Translations under genes and position numbers: made by a program | Part shown: in pieces, positions 1 to 8,514 of the stretch | How positions within the stretch are numbered: position 1 is the stretch's first letter | How the letters are laid out: every line of letters starts with the position of its first letter | IMG/VR virus record: IMGVR_UViG_3300037422_000132 | Span: 1-63,153 of that record | Reading direction: 5' to 3' (one strand) | From: a virus | Taxonomy: Duplodnaviria > Caudoviricetes | DNA: 63,153 nt | The notes under the pieces: generated by a model | Seen by the model: the letters and a program-made list of their open reading frames with translations, nothing else | The model's database searches: none | Told to the model about the DNA's origin: nothing

Positions 1-142
1 ACGGGGATACCGGCCCGGACCCTGAACCAACCACTTTCGGCGCATCCAGCCCGCACAAACGATCAATCAAGTCCTCGCAGTTATTGAGGGCCTCGTAAAC
101 ATCGTCAAACGACGACTCGGCCATGTTGAGTCTGGTTGACGT
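1..142. repeat. Terminal direct repeat, left copy (circular overlap)
   Basis: nt 1-142 match 63012-63153 except T127 versus C63138; an ORF reads through the junction. Confidence 0.95.
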
Positions 143-373
143 TTTAACCTCGGAGTTTGCCGCTTGCCTGCTTCCCGGCGGAACCTGGTTCGCCATTTTT
201 GGCCCTGTAACGGGTTCCTCCTTCTTGTCCTTGTCGATCCTGGACAGCCCGAATGAGGCATCGATACCTTGCTCCCTCAAATTCGATACCAATTCAGCCA
301 CGCTCATGGTGGCGATTGTGGGCATAATCGCTGCCTTTCGTTTTTTCACATTGCCACGCCCTGTCATTGCCAT
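1..373 (-). CDS. Hypothetical protein, 5' part; continues across the circular junction to 62914 (~156 aa total)
   Basis: AAGGAG RBS, ATG at 373, open frame MAMTGRGNVKKRK...RLNMAESSFDD joins ORF 62914..63135. Confidence 0.75.
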   Translation of the reverse strand, partial: MAMTGRGNVKKRKAAIMPTIATMSVAELVSNLREQGIDASFGLSRIDKDKKEEPVTGPKMANQVPPGSRQAANSEVKTSTRLNMAESSFDDVYEALNNCEDLIDRLCGLDAPKVVGSGSGPVSP

Positions 374-387
374 ACGCCACGCTCCTT

Positions 388-555
388 TCAGGATTTTTTT
401 CGGTTACGGGTTGGCTCCCAGCCGTGATCTATGGCGTTCAACAAGCGCCGCTGGGCCTCCGCATCCCGTTTGGTCATGTATCTGCCCTTGGTGCCGCCTG
501 GAGTGCTGGTCCGGTAACCCTTACCGCCCTTTTCCTTCTCGATTTTGACCGGCAT
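388..555 (-). CDS. Small basic phage protein (55 aa), below the ORF-track cutoff
   Basis: AAGGAG RBS; MPVKIEKEKGGKGYRTSTPGGTKGRYMTKRDAEAQRRLLNAIDHGWEPTRNRKKS; fills the gap between neighbours. Confidence 0.7.
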   Translation of the reverse strand: MPVKIEKEKGGKGYRTSTPGGTKGRYMTKRDAEAQRRLLNAIDHGWEPTRNRKKS

Positions 556-904
556 TGTCCATCTCCTTTTCCAAAACCAAAATGAATTGCTTCAAAATCT
601 TGATCGCTTCGCCGAAGCCGTTTCCGAGGTCAACCCCCATAGGGTAATGATTCTCGGATGCTCCGGTTTTTGTCTTCGGGTAGCAGAACCGCATATAGCG
701 CCGCCCGTCCGAACCATCGAAATACGGGTTCAGGCTGATCTTGTCGCCGTATTTGGTCAGCTTGATACCCTCGTGCTCCCGTCCGATTTGAACATGGTGA
801 AGCTCGATCGTTTCGGGCTTGCCGCCTTTAGGCCCTTTAGGCTTTGAATAATTCTGGCTGTTGCTTCGGCCGCCAGTCCACGGTCCATCATCCTCCCACG
901 CCAT
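521..904 (-). CDS. Hypothetical protein
   Basis: GGAGG RBS, tiles with minus-strand neighbours. Confidence 0.65.
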   Translation of the reverse strand: MAWEDDGPWTGGRSNSQNYSKPKGPKGGKPETIELHHVQIGREHEGIKLTKYGDKISLNPYFDGSDGRRYMRFCYPKTKTGASENHYPMGVDLGNGFGEAIKILKQFILVLEKEMDNAGQNREGKGR

Positions 905-1178
905 TCCGTTTTCCTCCTTCCTTTTGTTGTTGTGTCATTTTCTCCAAAAACTCGGACCATCGCCAAACCGACTTGGTTTCGACACGATACGGCATCAAGG
1001 GCCGCGACGTGGCCATGTCGAGCGTGTAGAACAGTCCTCCGGTATTCACGTCCTCCTTCCAATACGACCAATGGACGACGATGCCCTTATCGTCGCCAAG
1101 CGGAAATGGAAAGGAAAGCCGCTCCGGCCGGTGCTTCCAACCTCCAGGGATGTAAACGACCCTTGGTAATTCGAGCAT
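888..1178 (-). CDS. Hypothetical protein
   Basis: Tiles in minus-strand operon; protein-like composition. Confidence 0.55.
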   Translation of the reverse strand: MLELPRVVYIPGGWKHRPERLSFPFPLGDDKGIVVHWSYWKEDVNTGGLFYTLDMATSRPLMPYRVETKSVWRWSEFLEKMTQQQKEGGKRNGVGG

Positions 1179-1181
1179 TAC

Positions 1182-1271
1182 TTACAGGCCCATTTTGCCC
1201 ATCATGAAAGCCGTCAGAATACCAAGTATCGCCAACCCATACGACACGAAAAGTATCAGATGTTGTTTCAT
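1182..1271 (-). CDS. Tiny single-TM protein (29 aa)
   Basis: ATGA overlap with upstream stop; MKQHLILFVSYGLAILGILTAFMMGKMGL is hydrophobic. Confidence 0.45.
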   Translation of the reverse strand: MKQHLILFVSYGLAILGILTAFMMGKMGL

Positions 1272-1549
1272 GTCACTGGCATCCCCAATGCTTCTCTTTC
1301 GTTCTCTTTTTCTTCTTGCGATTTGGACTCTTTGAAAAATTCGTCCAGTGATCGGCGAACGGCCGGCTGGCAAACAGCCTGCCCGGCCGCATAAGAAGTG
1401 AAATCGCGCGACATGAGACGATTGAGAAGATCATCGTTGACCTTGAGTAACCGCTTGCGCTCAACCATGTGGGTTACACCCTGGTAGACTATTACGAGCA
1501 ACAAGACGACCACGGTTGCCATCAAAAAAACGCTCAGTTGAAAAGTCAC
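1268..1549 (-). CDS. N-terminally membrane-anchored phage protein
   Basis: Hydrophobic N-terminus followed by LLNRLMSRDF motif; GTG start after G-rich RBS. Confidence 0.6.
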   Translation of the reverse strand: MTFQLSVFLMATVVVLLLVIVYQGVTHMVERKRLLKVNDDLLNRLMSRDFTSYAAGQAVCQPAVRRSLDEFFKESKSQEEKENEREALGMPVT

Positions 1550-1565
1550 TTGTACCCACCCCCCT

Positions 1566-1832
1566 TCACTTTTTCGGGGAAACCGGATCGCTGGCACCTT
1601 CGCTGAAAACGCCAGTTGCGGCACATATGACACGGACCTCACCACTCGAAACCTGGCGATAAGCTTCCTCGAACGTTGCCTTTGGGCTCCATGACATATA
1701 GCCGTCCGGGTAAACAACCTTGTACCCGGCCCGGTTCTCGCTCCCGCTGAAGTCCTGGCCGCGTGATTGATGGTACGCCAATTCGTCCATCGGCTCGGCC
1801 AAAATGATTTTCACTCCGATAAATGCTTTCAC
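1566..1832 (-). CDS. Conserved small phage protein of the xIGxK..AEPM..GYKVVY.DGY.SWSPK..FE.AY family (often fused to DUF2829)
   Basis: Motifs FIGVKIILAEPM and GYKVVYPDGYMSWSPKATFEEAYR; GGAGGTG RBS. Confidence 0.8.
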   Translation of the reverse strand: MKAFIGVKIILAEPMDELAYHQSRGQDFSGSENRAGYKVVYPDGYMSWSPKATFEEAYRQVSSGEVRVICAATGVFSEGASDPVSPKK

Positions 1833-1856
1833 TGTCTTTCACCTCCGATGTTGAAG

Positions 1857-2312
1857 TTAAACGACCCTAAGTCCCCTTTGAAAAAACGGGTTAAAAACCC
1901 CCGCGCAAAACGGGCGATAATCAATCGGCCTCACCTTGATAAAAGCATTGCGCTTCCACGCTTCCGCCGCATCGATGCAAGCCGAACCCCCGCCGGATGC
2001 TCCGATGCAATGAGACTTGTCGATCATTACCTCGACATGGATAATTCGATCATCGTCCAATCCGGCCTTGAAAAAAATCAGATCGCCCGGCTGGGCATCT
2101 TTCCAAGGCATATCGACTTGGCCCGGCTTAAACCTCTCGTACAGCCCGGATGCCGTCAGGTCGGCCTTGTGCGGTATGAGCCCCACGGCCTGTAGACATT
2201 CGCATGCCAGCCCGGAGCAATCAAAGCCACTCGGATCATCGCCGCCCCACACATACGGAGTCCCCAAAAAATGCCATGCAATTTTCATCATGATTTCGCG
2301 TTTTGCTTCCAC
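1857..2312 (-). CDS. NlpC/P60 (C40) cell-wall endopeptidase, probable endolysin
   Basis: LGTPYVWGGDDPSGFDCSGL catalytic Cys motif, QPGDLIFF, HVEV His. Confidence 0.9.
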   Translation of the reverse strand: MEAKREIMMKIAWHFLGTPYVWGGDDPSGFDCSGLACECLQAVGLIPHKADLTASGLYERFKPGQVDMPWKDAQPGDLIFFKAGLDDDRIIHVEVMIDKSHCIGASGGGSACIDAAEAWKRNAFIKVRPIDYRPFCAGVFNPFFQRGLRVV

Positions 2313-2323
2313 GCATCCCCTCC

Positions 2324-2587
2324 TTAATTAAAAGAGACAAGCGGCAGAATTGTAACGGATGCCTGATCCCCTTCCGCTTTTAATGGATGAATTTCTTCCT
2401 TCCCGTCTTCGGGTTTATCGTCCTGGGCCATGTACGCGTCAATGTCATCGGCACTCTGTAACCCAGCGCACTTCATTGCATATGCTCCCAACATTTGAGC
2501 CAACTTCATTAGACCGCGCTCCGTGGTCGGGATCAAACGCTTCGATGTAAACAATCCCGTCTTTTTTTCTCGCGCCAATACTACCAT
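2324..2587 (-). CDS. Hypothetical protein
   Basis: Fills the gap between terL and the peptidase on the operon strand. Confidence 0.55.
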   Translation of the reverse strand: MVVLAREKKTGLFTSKRLIPTTERGLMKLAQMLGAYAMKCAGLQSADDIDAYMAQDDKPEDGKEEIHPLKAEGDQASVTILPLVSFN

Positions 2588-2593
2588 GGGTTT

Positions 2594-4072
2594 TCATGAC
2601 CACCCCGTTTCGTTTGATTGTTCGATTTCCTCTTGGATCCGCTTCAGTTCCCCCCAAACCTCTTGGTGCGCTTTCGGGATTTGGTCCAGCTTGGCCTTTT
2701 CTTCGGCCGCCTTCACCTTTTCATCGATTTCGGCCTTGGCGAAACCGTATGCCCTGGCCATGACGATGTGGCAGACCTCATCATAGACATGATCCTCTTG
2801 GTCGGTGTCTATGTCCTCCGGGTTGTCTGCGTCCATCGCCAGCGCCGGCATGGTACGGATGAAATGACGGCATTCGGACGACGTGACCAACTTCGGAAGC
2901 TTATTCGATTCGATCGGAATGACGAGCCGCTCGCGCATGGCTCGGATTTTGAGGATTCTGCTTGGGTCGCCCGGTCGTAGGATAATGCCTTTGTCTCTGA
3001 AGACTTCGGCTGTAGATGGTCCTTGACCGCCTCCGGCATAATCGGCTTTTTTGTTCCAACAATCCGGCCCGGCGAGCCGAACGATATGGCGGCCCGCAAT
3101 GCCAAGCTTATGTTCGCGCTCGATGATCCCTTCAGCGATAGCTGAATCGGGCATCCGTAAGCCCTCATCGGGTACGCCGTTGTATCCGTACCACTCAGAA
3201 AACCGATAGAGCCGGTCTTCAGAATCACACCACCACCATCCGATTGAGAACGGCTTGCCGAAGCCCCAATCGAACGTTTGATAGAGCGCCACATACGCCG
3301 GCGGCGCCGCCTCTTTCGAAGACAGGATATGCCTGCGAGTGATGTTGAACGCCTGCCCGATGTAAACGTCCCAATCGCCATCCAGCCACGCCTTTCTCAA
3401 AACCGGGTCTTGGATCCCTGTCAGTTGTAAAACGTACTTCGGATCGTTTTCAACAAGAATCCTGTTGTCAGCCAAAAACGATTGGATATAGACCTTGAGC
3501 AGACCTTGCGCGTCGCGCCAGGGTTTTCCGCTCTGAACCCCTCCGGTTCCAAGCCGGAAGTGCTCCTTTACCTGAAGGTGGCCCGGCCCCCCTGGGTTGC
3601 CCGTGCAAAAAATCGCGGTCGGTATCCCGTGGGGCGATCGGTTCGCGCCTTTGAGTTTATCCAGTAGCTTCGCAAACCACGGAAAGTTGGTACATTCGTC
3701 AACCGAAATTTCCGGGTATTGATGCCCCTGAATATCCTCGGCTTGCTCCAGCCGTTGAAACGCCAGCATCGACACGTTGGCGCCATTCGCAAACCGAATA
3801 TAGTTCGGCTGTGCTTCGCCGCCGATCCGCTCGGCCGGAACCCCCTTGCCTATCAACTCATCCCAGCGCCGCCTGAGTTCGGCAAAGTCCTTGTACTTGC
3901 GCCGGATGATTAACCCATTCCACAAGCTGCCCCAACGCTCAACGCCAACAAGGTGCCGACCAATCAGCGCATCACTCTTGCCGCCGCCGCGCGTCCCACC
4001 GAAAATGATTTCGTCGGCGGGACACGAGACGGCCAGCATTTGAGGCCCGGCTTGTGGGGTCCATAACGACAA
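2594..4072 (-). CDS. terL: Terminase large subunit
   Basis: Walker A GGTRGGGKS, Walker B ISVDE, TGNPGG motif III, nuclease motifs FDWGFGKPF and EDHVYDE. Confidence 0.95.
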   Translation of the reverse strand: MSLWTPQAGPQMLAVSCPADEIIFGGTRGGGKSDALIGRHLVGVERWGSLWNGLIIRRKYKDFAELRRRWDELIGKGVPAERIGGEAQPNYIRFANGANVSMLAFQRLEQAEDIQGHQYPEISVDECTNFPWFAKLLDKLKGANRSPHGIPTAIFCTGNPGGPGHLQVKEHFRLGTGGVQSGKPWRDAQGLLKVYIQSFLADNRILVENDPKYVLQLTGIQDPVLRKAWLDGDWDVYIGQAFNITRRHILSSKEAAPPAYVALYQTFDWGFGKPFSIGWWWCDSEDRLYRFSEWYGYNGVPDEGLRMPDSAIAEGIIEREHKLGIAGRHIVRLAGPDCWNKKADYAGGGQGPSTAEVFRDKGIILRPGDPSRILKIRAMRERLVIPIESNKLPKLVTSSECRHFIRTMPALAMDADNPEDIDTDQEDHVYDEVCHIVMARAYGFAKAEIDEKVKAAEEKAKLDQIPKAHQEVWGELKRIQEEIEQSNETGWS

Positions 4073-4076
4073 AACC

Positions 4077-4484
4077 TTAAACCTCCGGAGGCGGCTCCGG
4101 CGCGGCCGGCGTATTCTCGACCAACGTTTCTTCGATCTTCTGGATGCTGAGAATCATGTTTTTAGCGATCGAATCCACCTGAGCCTGCTGGGCTGCTGTC
4201 AGGTCGCGCTGCTCCAGCGCTTCCAGTTCAGCCTTGATGCCGTCCACTTTCGCCCGGAAACCGTCCAGCGCGATGTTCAGCGCTTCGATCCGTTGAATTT
4301 GGTTTACCGACAACTCCTTGATTTCGTCCAGCGTCGTCATAATTTGCTTCTCCTTTTCGATGATTAGAATGATTGCCTTGAGGACAATATCCCACCTTTT
4401 ATTCTTGGGCGTCCCCCATCCAAGAAGATTGCGAAGGGCCTCGATTACCGTCATGCCCACCTTGACTTGAATTGGATCGATCAC
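4077..4484 (-). CDS. Coiled-coil hypothetical protein
   Basis: GTGA overlap with upstream stop, GAGG RBS, heptad-rich TTLDEIKELS...AQVDSIAK. Confidence 0.6.
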   Translation of the reverse strand: MIDPIQVKVGMTVIEALRNLLGWGTPKNKRWDIVLKAIILIIEKEKQIMTTLDEIKELSVNQIQRIEALNIALDGFRAKVDGIKAELEALEQRDLTAAQQAQVDSIAKNMILSIQKIEETLVENTPAAPEPPPEV

Positions 4485-5125
4485 GGGTTTAACCTCATAC
4501 CGGAAATGGCGCCCGGAGGATTGGGGGCCGGTGGCGCCGGGTCCGTGACGCGCACGATCCAGCCACGCGCCGCCCCGTCCACGGTCGCATGCGCCGGGTC
4601 CGTAGACTTTACCCACACGGAGACTTCCTCCTGGGTGCCTACCGTTCGGATGGTTTGCACTTCCAGCACTAAGTCGCCGGAGCCGTATCGCAATTCAATC
4701 GGAGTGCCGTTGCCGATTACCTCGCCGGCCAACGCTTGCGCCGGCTGGCCGCCGGCAGGGGTCAATGAGCCCCTGTAGCGATAACGATAGACTCCCGTCC
4801 AAGTCGATCCATCGGCGTTATACCCTGGGACCGACGCCGCATTTGCTGTCCAGGTCAGTTGATAGGTTCTGGAATTGCAAACAAAGGATCCATTCACCCC
4901 GCGCGCAAAGTTATGAGTGGCCATCGTGCCCCCAGCCACGGGGGCGCATGTGAACGAAGCGCCCACATGGTCCCAAGCGAAGGTCAAGCCGGTACCCCCA
5001 ACCCTGGGGTGGACATGCGGCGAGGTCTGAGCCCATGCCGAAAGAGCAAAAATAGCCAGCGCCCAAAACACCAAGGAACATGCAACCATCTTCACTAAAA
5101 ACCCCAAGATTCGCTCTCTCGCCAT
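4481..5125 (-). CDS. Secreted or periplasmic beta-rich protein (FN3/Ig-like)
   Basis: Signal peptide ending ALSAWA-Q, LTFAWD strand, Pro-rich C-terminus. Confidence 0.6.
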   Translation of the reverse strand: MARERILGFLVKMVACSLVFWALAIFALSAWAQTSPHVHPRVGGTGLTFAWDHVGASFTCAPVAGGTMATHNFARGVNGSFVCNSRTYQLTWTANAASVPGYNADGSTWTGVYRYRYRGSLTPAGGQPAQALAGEVIGNGTPIELRYGSGDLVLEVQTIRTVGTQEEVSVWVKSTDPAHATVDGAARGWIVRVTDPAPPAPNPPGAISGMRLNP

Positions 5126-5245
5126 AAAAACCCCCGAAATATTAAAGGTTATTGATTTAACTCGATATTTCACCGTTGCGCATAGTTTCCTATGGACCCC
5201 GCCGCGATCGCTCAACCTTGGGCCTCTAATGCGGCCATTTTCCAC

Positions 5246-5659
5246 TCAAGGGGTGTTGACGTACAGCGCCCAAGCCCTCGGAGAACCAGCTACGACGCCG
5301 CAAACCGGGTTTAGGCTGTTACACCATTCCCCGAATAGCTTGGCCCCGTCCACGGTCCTCCAGGGGCGAGCGAACACGATATAATGGCCCCTGGTGCGCC
5401 ATGTGATGTCGATTTTGGGTGCCGTGGTCAGCCAACCGGACAAAAACCTACGCTGATCCTCCATCCGTAAAACGTACAACTCGTAGCCTTCGGCATTTTC
5501 AGCCGGTACCCACTCAACCGTGCGGCGAGTGCCTGATTCGACCCAAAACACAAACCCGTCAAAATCGGACCCCGCGCTGGCCGGCGTGTGCGCGAACACC
5601 ACGACCAAGGCAACCAAAACGACAACGACTCCCAAAATATCCCAAACATTCGTTTTCAT
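5246..5659 (-). CDS. Secreted beta-rich protein (FN3-like)
   Basis: Hydrophobic N-terminus with ASA cleavage site; VEWVPAENAEGYELY resembles FN3 B-C strands. Confidence 0.6.
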   Translation of the reverse strand: MKTNVWDILGVVVVLVALVVVFAHTPASAGSDFDGFVFWVESGTRRTVEWVPAENAEGYELYVLRMEDQRRFLSGWLTTAPKIDITWRTRGHYIVFARPWRTVDGAKLFGEWCNSLNPVCGVVAGSPRAWALYVNTP

Positions 5660-6351
5660 GCGGCTTTTTCCTCAAACTGCAATGGTTGCGCCTTCCGCGC
5701 GATCATCCGTAGATGCACCGCTTCAGCCTGTTTTTCCCATTCCTCGATTGTCATGGGCCTCGGCGCGTTGACCAATTGGATTTGGATTGGATCGGGTTTG
5801 CCCTGGGCGTTGTCTTTCTCGAATAGGCCGTGGTGTTTGGCGAGAATCTCGGCGGCTTTCTGTCGGTCGGTCAGTTTGTATTCGGTCGTAACTTCCTCGA
5901 TATATTCGTCTTTGGACCCCATATAAGCGCGCCGCTTGATTTTGATGCCATGTACTGCCTGGGCCTGATCGTCGGTCAATTTTGAGCCCGGTATCAACTG
6001 TCCGTCTTCGTCATAGAGTTTGTTCGGCAGAACGCGCATTTGGGTCGTCAGGGTTTCGAGGACTTCCTCCGGGCTGGCGATGGTGCAGTTTGCGGCCCGT
6101 TCTGCCCGGAGCCGTTGCATTTCCTCCCGCACAGCTGGGCGCCGCAAGAGCGCATATGCGCAATGCTTGACAGTTTTCTCGCTGTAGCCAACGGCGGCGG
6201 CTGATTTTTCGGCGTTGAAATAGGTCTTGGTGCCAACGGCGAGGTAATGGCGAGCGAATTCTTGTTGCCGGAGCGCTTCACTGGCTGTTGGCCGTGGGGT
6301 GCGCTTCCGCTTACCTGAACGCCGCTTGCCTTTCCGGCTGGTCTTGGTCAT
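5656..6351 (-). CDS. terS: Terminase small subunit
   Basis: QQEFARHYL..NAEKSAAAVGYSEKT..AYALLRRPAV HTH; YKLTDRQKAAEILAKHHGLF motif. Confidence 0.9.
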   Translation of the reverse strand: MTKTSRKGKRRSGKRKRTPRPTASEALRQQEFARHYLAVGTKTYFNAEKSAAAVGYSEKTVKHCAYALLRRPAVREEMQRLRAERAANCTIASPEEVLETLTTQMRVLPNKLYDEDGQLIPGSKLTDDQAQAVHGIKIKRRAYMGSKDEYIEEVTTEYKLTDRQKAAEILAKHHGLFEKDNAQGKPDPIQIQLVNAPRPMTIEEWEKQAEAVHLRMIARKAQPLQFEEKAA

Positions 6352-6856
6352 TGTCTTCGCCCCCTTCGCTGCGTTCGTTGCGGTAGCGTCGATGGGCAAG
6401 CGCCGCGCACTCCTGCAACCACTCAGCGGTGTTTTTGATAACGGAAATCATTTGATCCCCGATAGCAAAACGCTTTTGGTTGAATTCGATGCTCTTGAAG
6501 ATGTGTCCGTTCGGCCCGTAGTTGGTGGCCGCCATCCAATCACAGACCATTTCGAGCAGGTCGATGATGGTCATGCCGTTCACTCCGTTTGTGAAGTGTT
6601 CGGGATGGTGGCGATTGTGGGAATAATGGTGAGTCAACGCCTCTTGTAGTAACTGCATTTGCTCGGCGTAGGCAGGTGTACCGTACTCGGCTTTTGAGAG
6701 TGTGCCGATATGCTTGGAGAACACGGATAGCTCCGGTTCTTCAAGTTTGGTCCGGTCATGATCTATGAGGCGCTTCCATAGTTCCGCCATGCAGCAACCC
6801 AATAAATCCCGGACCATTTCACGGTGTAGCACAATAGTTCCTTGAGCGCTGGTCAT
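6311..6856 (-). CDS. DUF5662-like HD-type protein
   Basis: HDRTKL, HHYSHNRHHPEHF, DLLEMVCDWMAA motifs. Confidence 0.8.
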   Translation of the reverse strand: MTSAQGTIVLHREMVRDLLGCCMAELWKRLIDHDRTKLEEPELSVFSKHIGTLSKAEYGTPAYAEQMQLLQEALTHHYSHNRHHPEHFTNGVNGMTIIDLLEMVCDWMAATNYGPNGHIFKSIEFNQKRFAIGDQMISVIKNTAEWLQECAALAHRRYRNERSEGGEDNDQDQPERQAAFR

Positions 6857-6981
6857 TTTTCAATGCCTTTTTTGCGATCGTCGATGTCTTTCAGTTTAAT
6901 CGCAAGAAGCGCATAGGCCAGCTTAACAGCCTGTAACCCAAAACGCTTCCACCACGGGATTTTGTCTTCCTTGTCTGGCAT
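6853..6981 (-). CDS. Small hypothetical protein (42 aa)
   Basis: AAGGGG RBS, MPDKEDKIPWWKRFGL..., ATGA overlap with the next gene. Confidence 0.55.
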   Translation of the reverse strand: MPDKEDKIPWWKRFGLQAVKLAYALLAIKLKDIDDRKKGIEK

Positions 6982-6995
6982 GTCGGCCCCCTTGG

Positions 6996-7190
6996 TCAGA
7001 ACGATTCAATTCGATCGTAAAGGATTTCGGAGTACCATCGCATAGCCCGGAATTGTGCTTTCAGCCGTTCGCGCTCCATTGGATCGAGTTTTGCGAATTC
7101 GGATCCAGCGATAAACTTCTCAAGCGCCGCCAGCTTGCCGTCGAGCGCTTGCTTTTCCTCGATCACCCTGGTTTGGTATTCCGGTCGCAT
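6996..7190 (-). CDS. crAss001_48 / T4 denB.1-like helical hairpin protein; candidate signal sponge
   Basis: YQTRVIEEKQALDGKLAALEKFI...LKAQFRAMRWYSEILYDRI pattern. Confidence 0.75.
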   Translation of the reverse strand: MRPEYQTRVIEEKQALDGKLAALEKFIAGSEFAKLDPMERERLKAQFRAMRWYSEILYDRIESF

Positions 7191-7193
7191 GGC

Positions 7194-7409
7194 CTAGTAG
7201 TCCTCGGCCTCGTCCATCAAGCTTTTGCGGCGCTGGTTCTGCGCCCTGGCGTGTCGGGCTCCGATTTGAGCGCTGAACGGATTGCGCTTGGCCTCGTCCT
7301 CGGCCTGCCGGCGCTTGCGTTCTTTCTCGTCCTCGTCCTCGTCGTCGAAGTCGTCGTCAACGTCGATGACCCCCTTTTGAGCCATCCCAAGCATCTTGCG
7401 CAATCTCAT
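7194..7409 (-). CDS. Small charged hypothetical protein
   Basis: GGAGG RBS; acidic tract followed by basic helix. Confidence 0.6.
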   Translation of the reverse strand: MRLRKMLGMAQKGVIDVDDDFDDEDEDEKERKRRQAEDEAKRNPFSAQIGARHARAQNQRRKSLMDEAEDY

Positions 7410-8005
7410 GGCTTTGCCTCCTGGCGTTGTTGTGGCCGCATGATCCTGGGTTCGGCCGGTTGAGGGGCTCCGGCTGGGAGCGCCATAAATTCTTCGTAGG
7501 TTGCAGGGAGGATGCCCTCGAAAATGACTCGCCAGCCAACCCAGCGCCGGATCATGTCGGCGAGGTAATCAGGGTTCACCCCGGCCCAAAAGTCGATCAA
7601 GCCGGCGTCCTGTAGGAATTTGGCCGCCAGTTCGGAGCAAACCGCAAACTGGCCTGTTTTGAAATACTTGGCGAGGGGCGGGATGATATGCAAAAAAAGC
7701 CGATGACCGGCGTACCAACGTCCTTCGAGATACGAAACCCCCCGGAACCCGTTTAGGAAACGCCGCATCGTCATGTCTTGGTGGCGCCCGATGAGGATTG
7801 CCTTGCCGGCGTAGGCTTCAAAGAGGGGTTGCCTTTGGTTCCTCCAAAGGGCTTCGAACGTTGTTCGGGCGTCCACCATGATGCCGGCGTGGCTGTAGGA
7901 CGCCTTGTCGTCAACGTCGTTGAAACGTTGGATCGCGCAAATGATCCTACCCAGCATCATGGGGTTGATCGTGCAAAATATATCCCCCGGCCATAACGTT
8001 GGCAT
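7406..8005 (-). CDS. Permuted papain-like NlpC/P60 protein (YiiX/YebB-type)
   Basis: PGDIF, YSHAGI His precedes VCSELAA Cys, then NPDYL. Confidence 0.8.
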   Translation of the reverse strand: MPTLWPGDIFCTINPMMLGRIICAIQRFNDVDDKASYSHAGIMVDARTTFEALWRNQRQPLFEAYAGKAILIGRHQDMTMRRFLNGFRGVSYLEGRWYAGHRLFLHIIPPLAKYFKTGQFAVCSELAAKFLQDAGLIDFWAGVNPDYLADMIRRWVGWRVIFEGILPATYEEFMALPAGAPQPAEPRIMRPQQRQEAKP

Positions 8006-8014
8006 GCCAACCCC

Positions 8015-8506
8015 CTAAACGAGCAAAGCCAGCCTCTTGGCGTCCTCGATCAAACGCGCGAAACCCTCGTCCAGAATGGCCAGGTCGGCGCCGTTGATCG
8101 GATCGGCGCTTTGGACGACGACCACCAACTCGGACAGCACAAGGAACGTGGCCCCCATCTTGTCGTTAAACTTCTTGATTTCGATGGTCAATAAGGTCTT
8201 CATGCCGTCGTAGGTCATGCCGATCATGGCCTTGCGCGTTTTCTCGGACCACTTAATCAACTCATCCACGGTATAGGCGTCCCAAATAACGCCGACCTTG
8301 GCGGCCGTCACGCAAACCCTGTACGCATCGCACGGGTTGGGGATTTTGGCGCGTATCAAGCTTGGGCCTGCCTTGCCGGCTGTGATTTTGTCCAGTTCGG
8401 CATCGCATGACGGGCTTGGGGTGAATGGGTCCAGGGGTTTAATGATCCCACCGCTGCATGCGGCGAGGATAAAAACGAAAAGCAGCAAAAATGAAAGTCG
8501 TTTCAT
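8015..8506 (-). CDS. Lipoprotein
   Basis: MKRLSFLLLFVFILAA-C lipobox. Confidence 0.8.
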   Translation of the reverse strand: MKRLSFLLLFVFILAACSGGIIKPLDPFTPSPSCDAELDKITAGKAGPSLIRAKIPNPCDAYRVCVTAAKVGVIWDAYTVDELIKWSEKTRKAMIGMTYDGMKTLLTIEIKKFNDKMGATFLVLSELVVVVQSADPINGADLAILDEGFARLIEDAKRLALLV

Positions 8507-8514
8507 AGTCCCCC

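Noticed and set aside
5155-5184. dif-like sequence ATTTAAC...TGCGCA, attractive because no integrase is present
   Set aside because: The inner ATAA/TTAT palindrome is missing and the spacing is 2 nt longer than in E. coli dif
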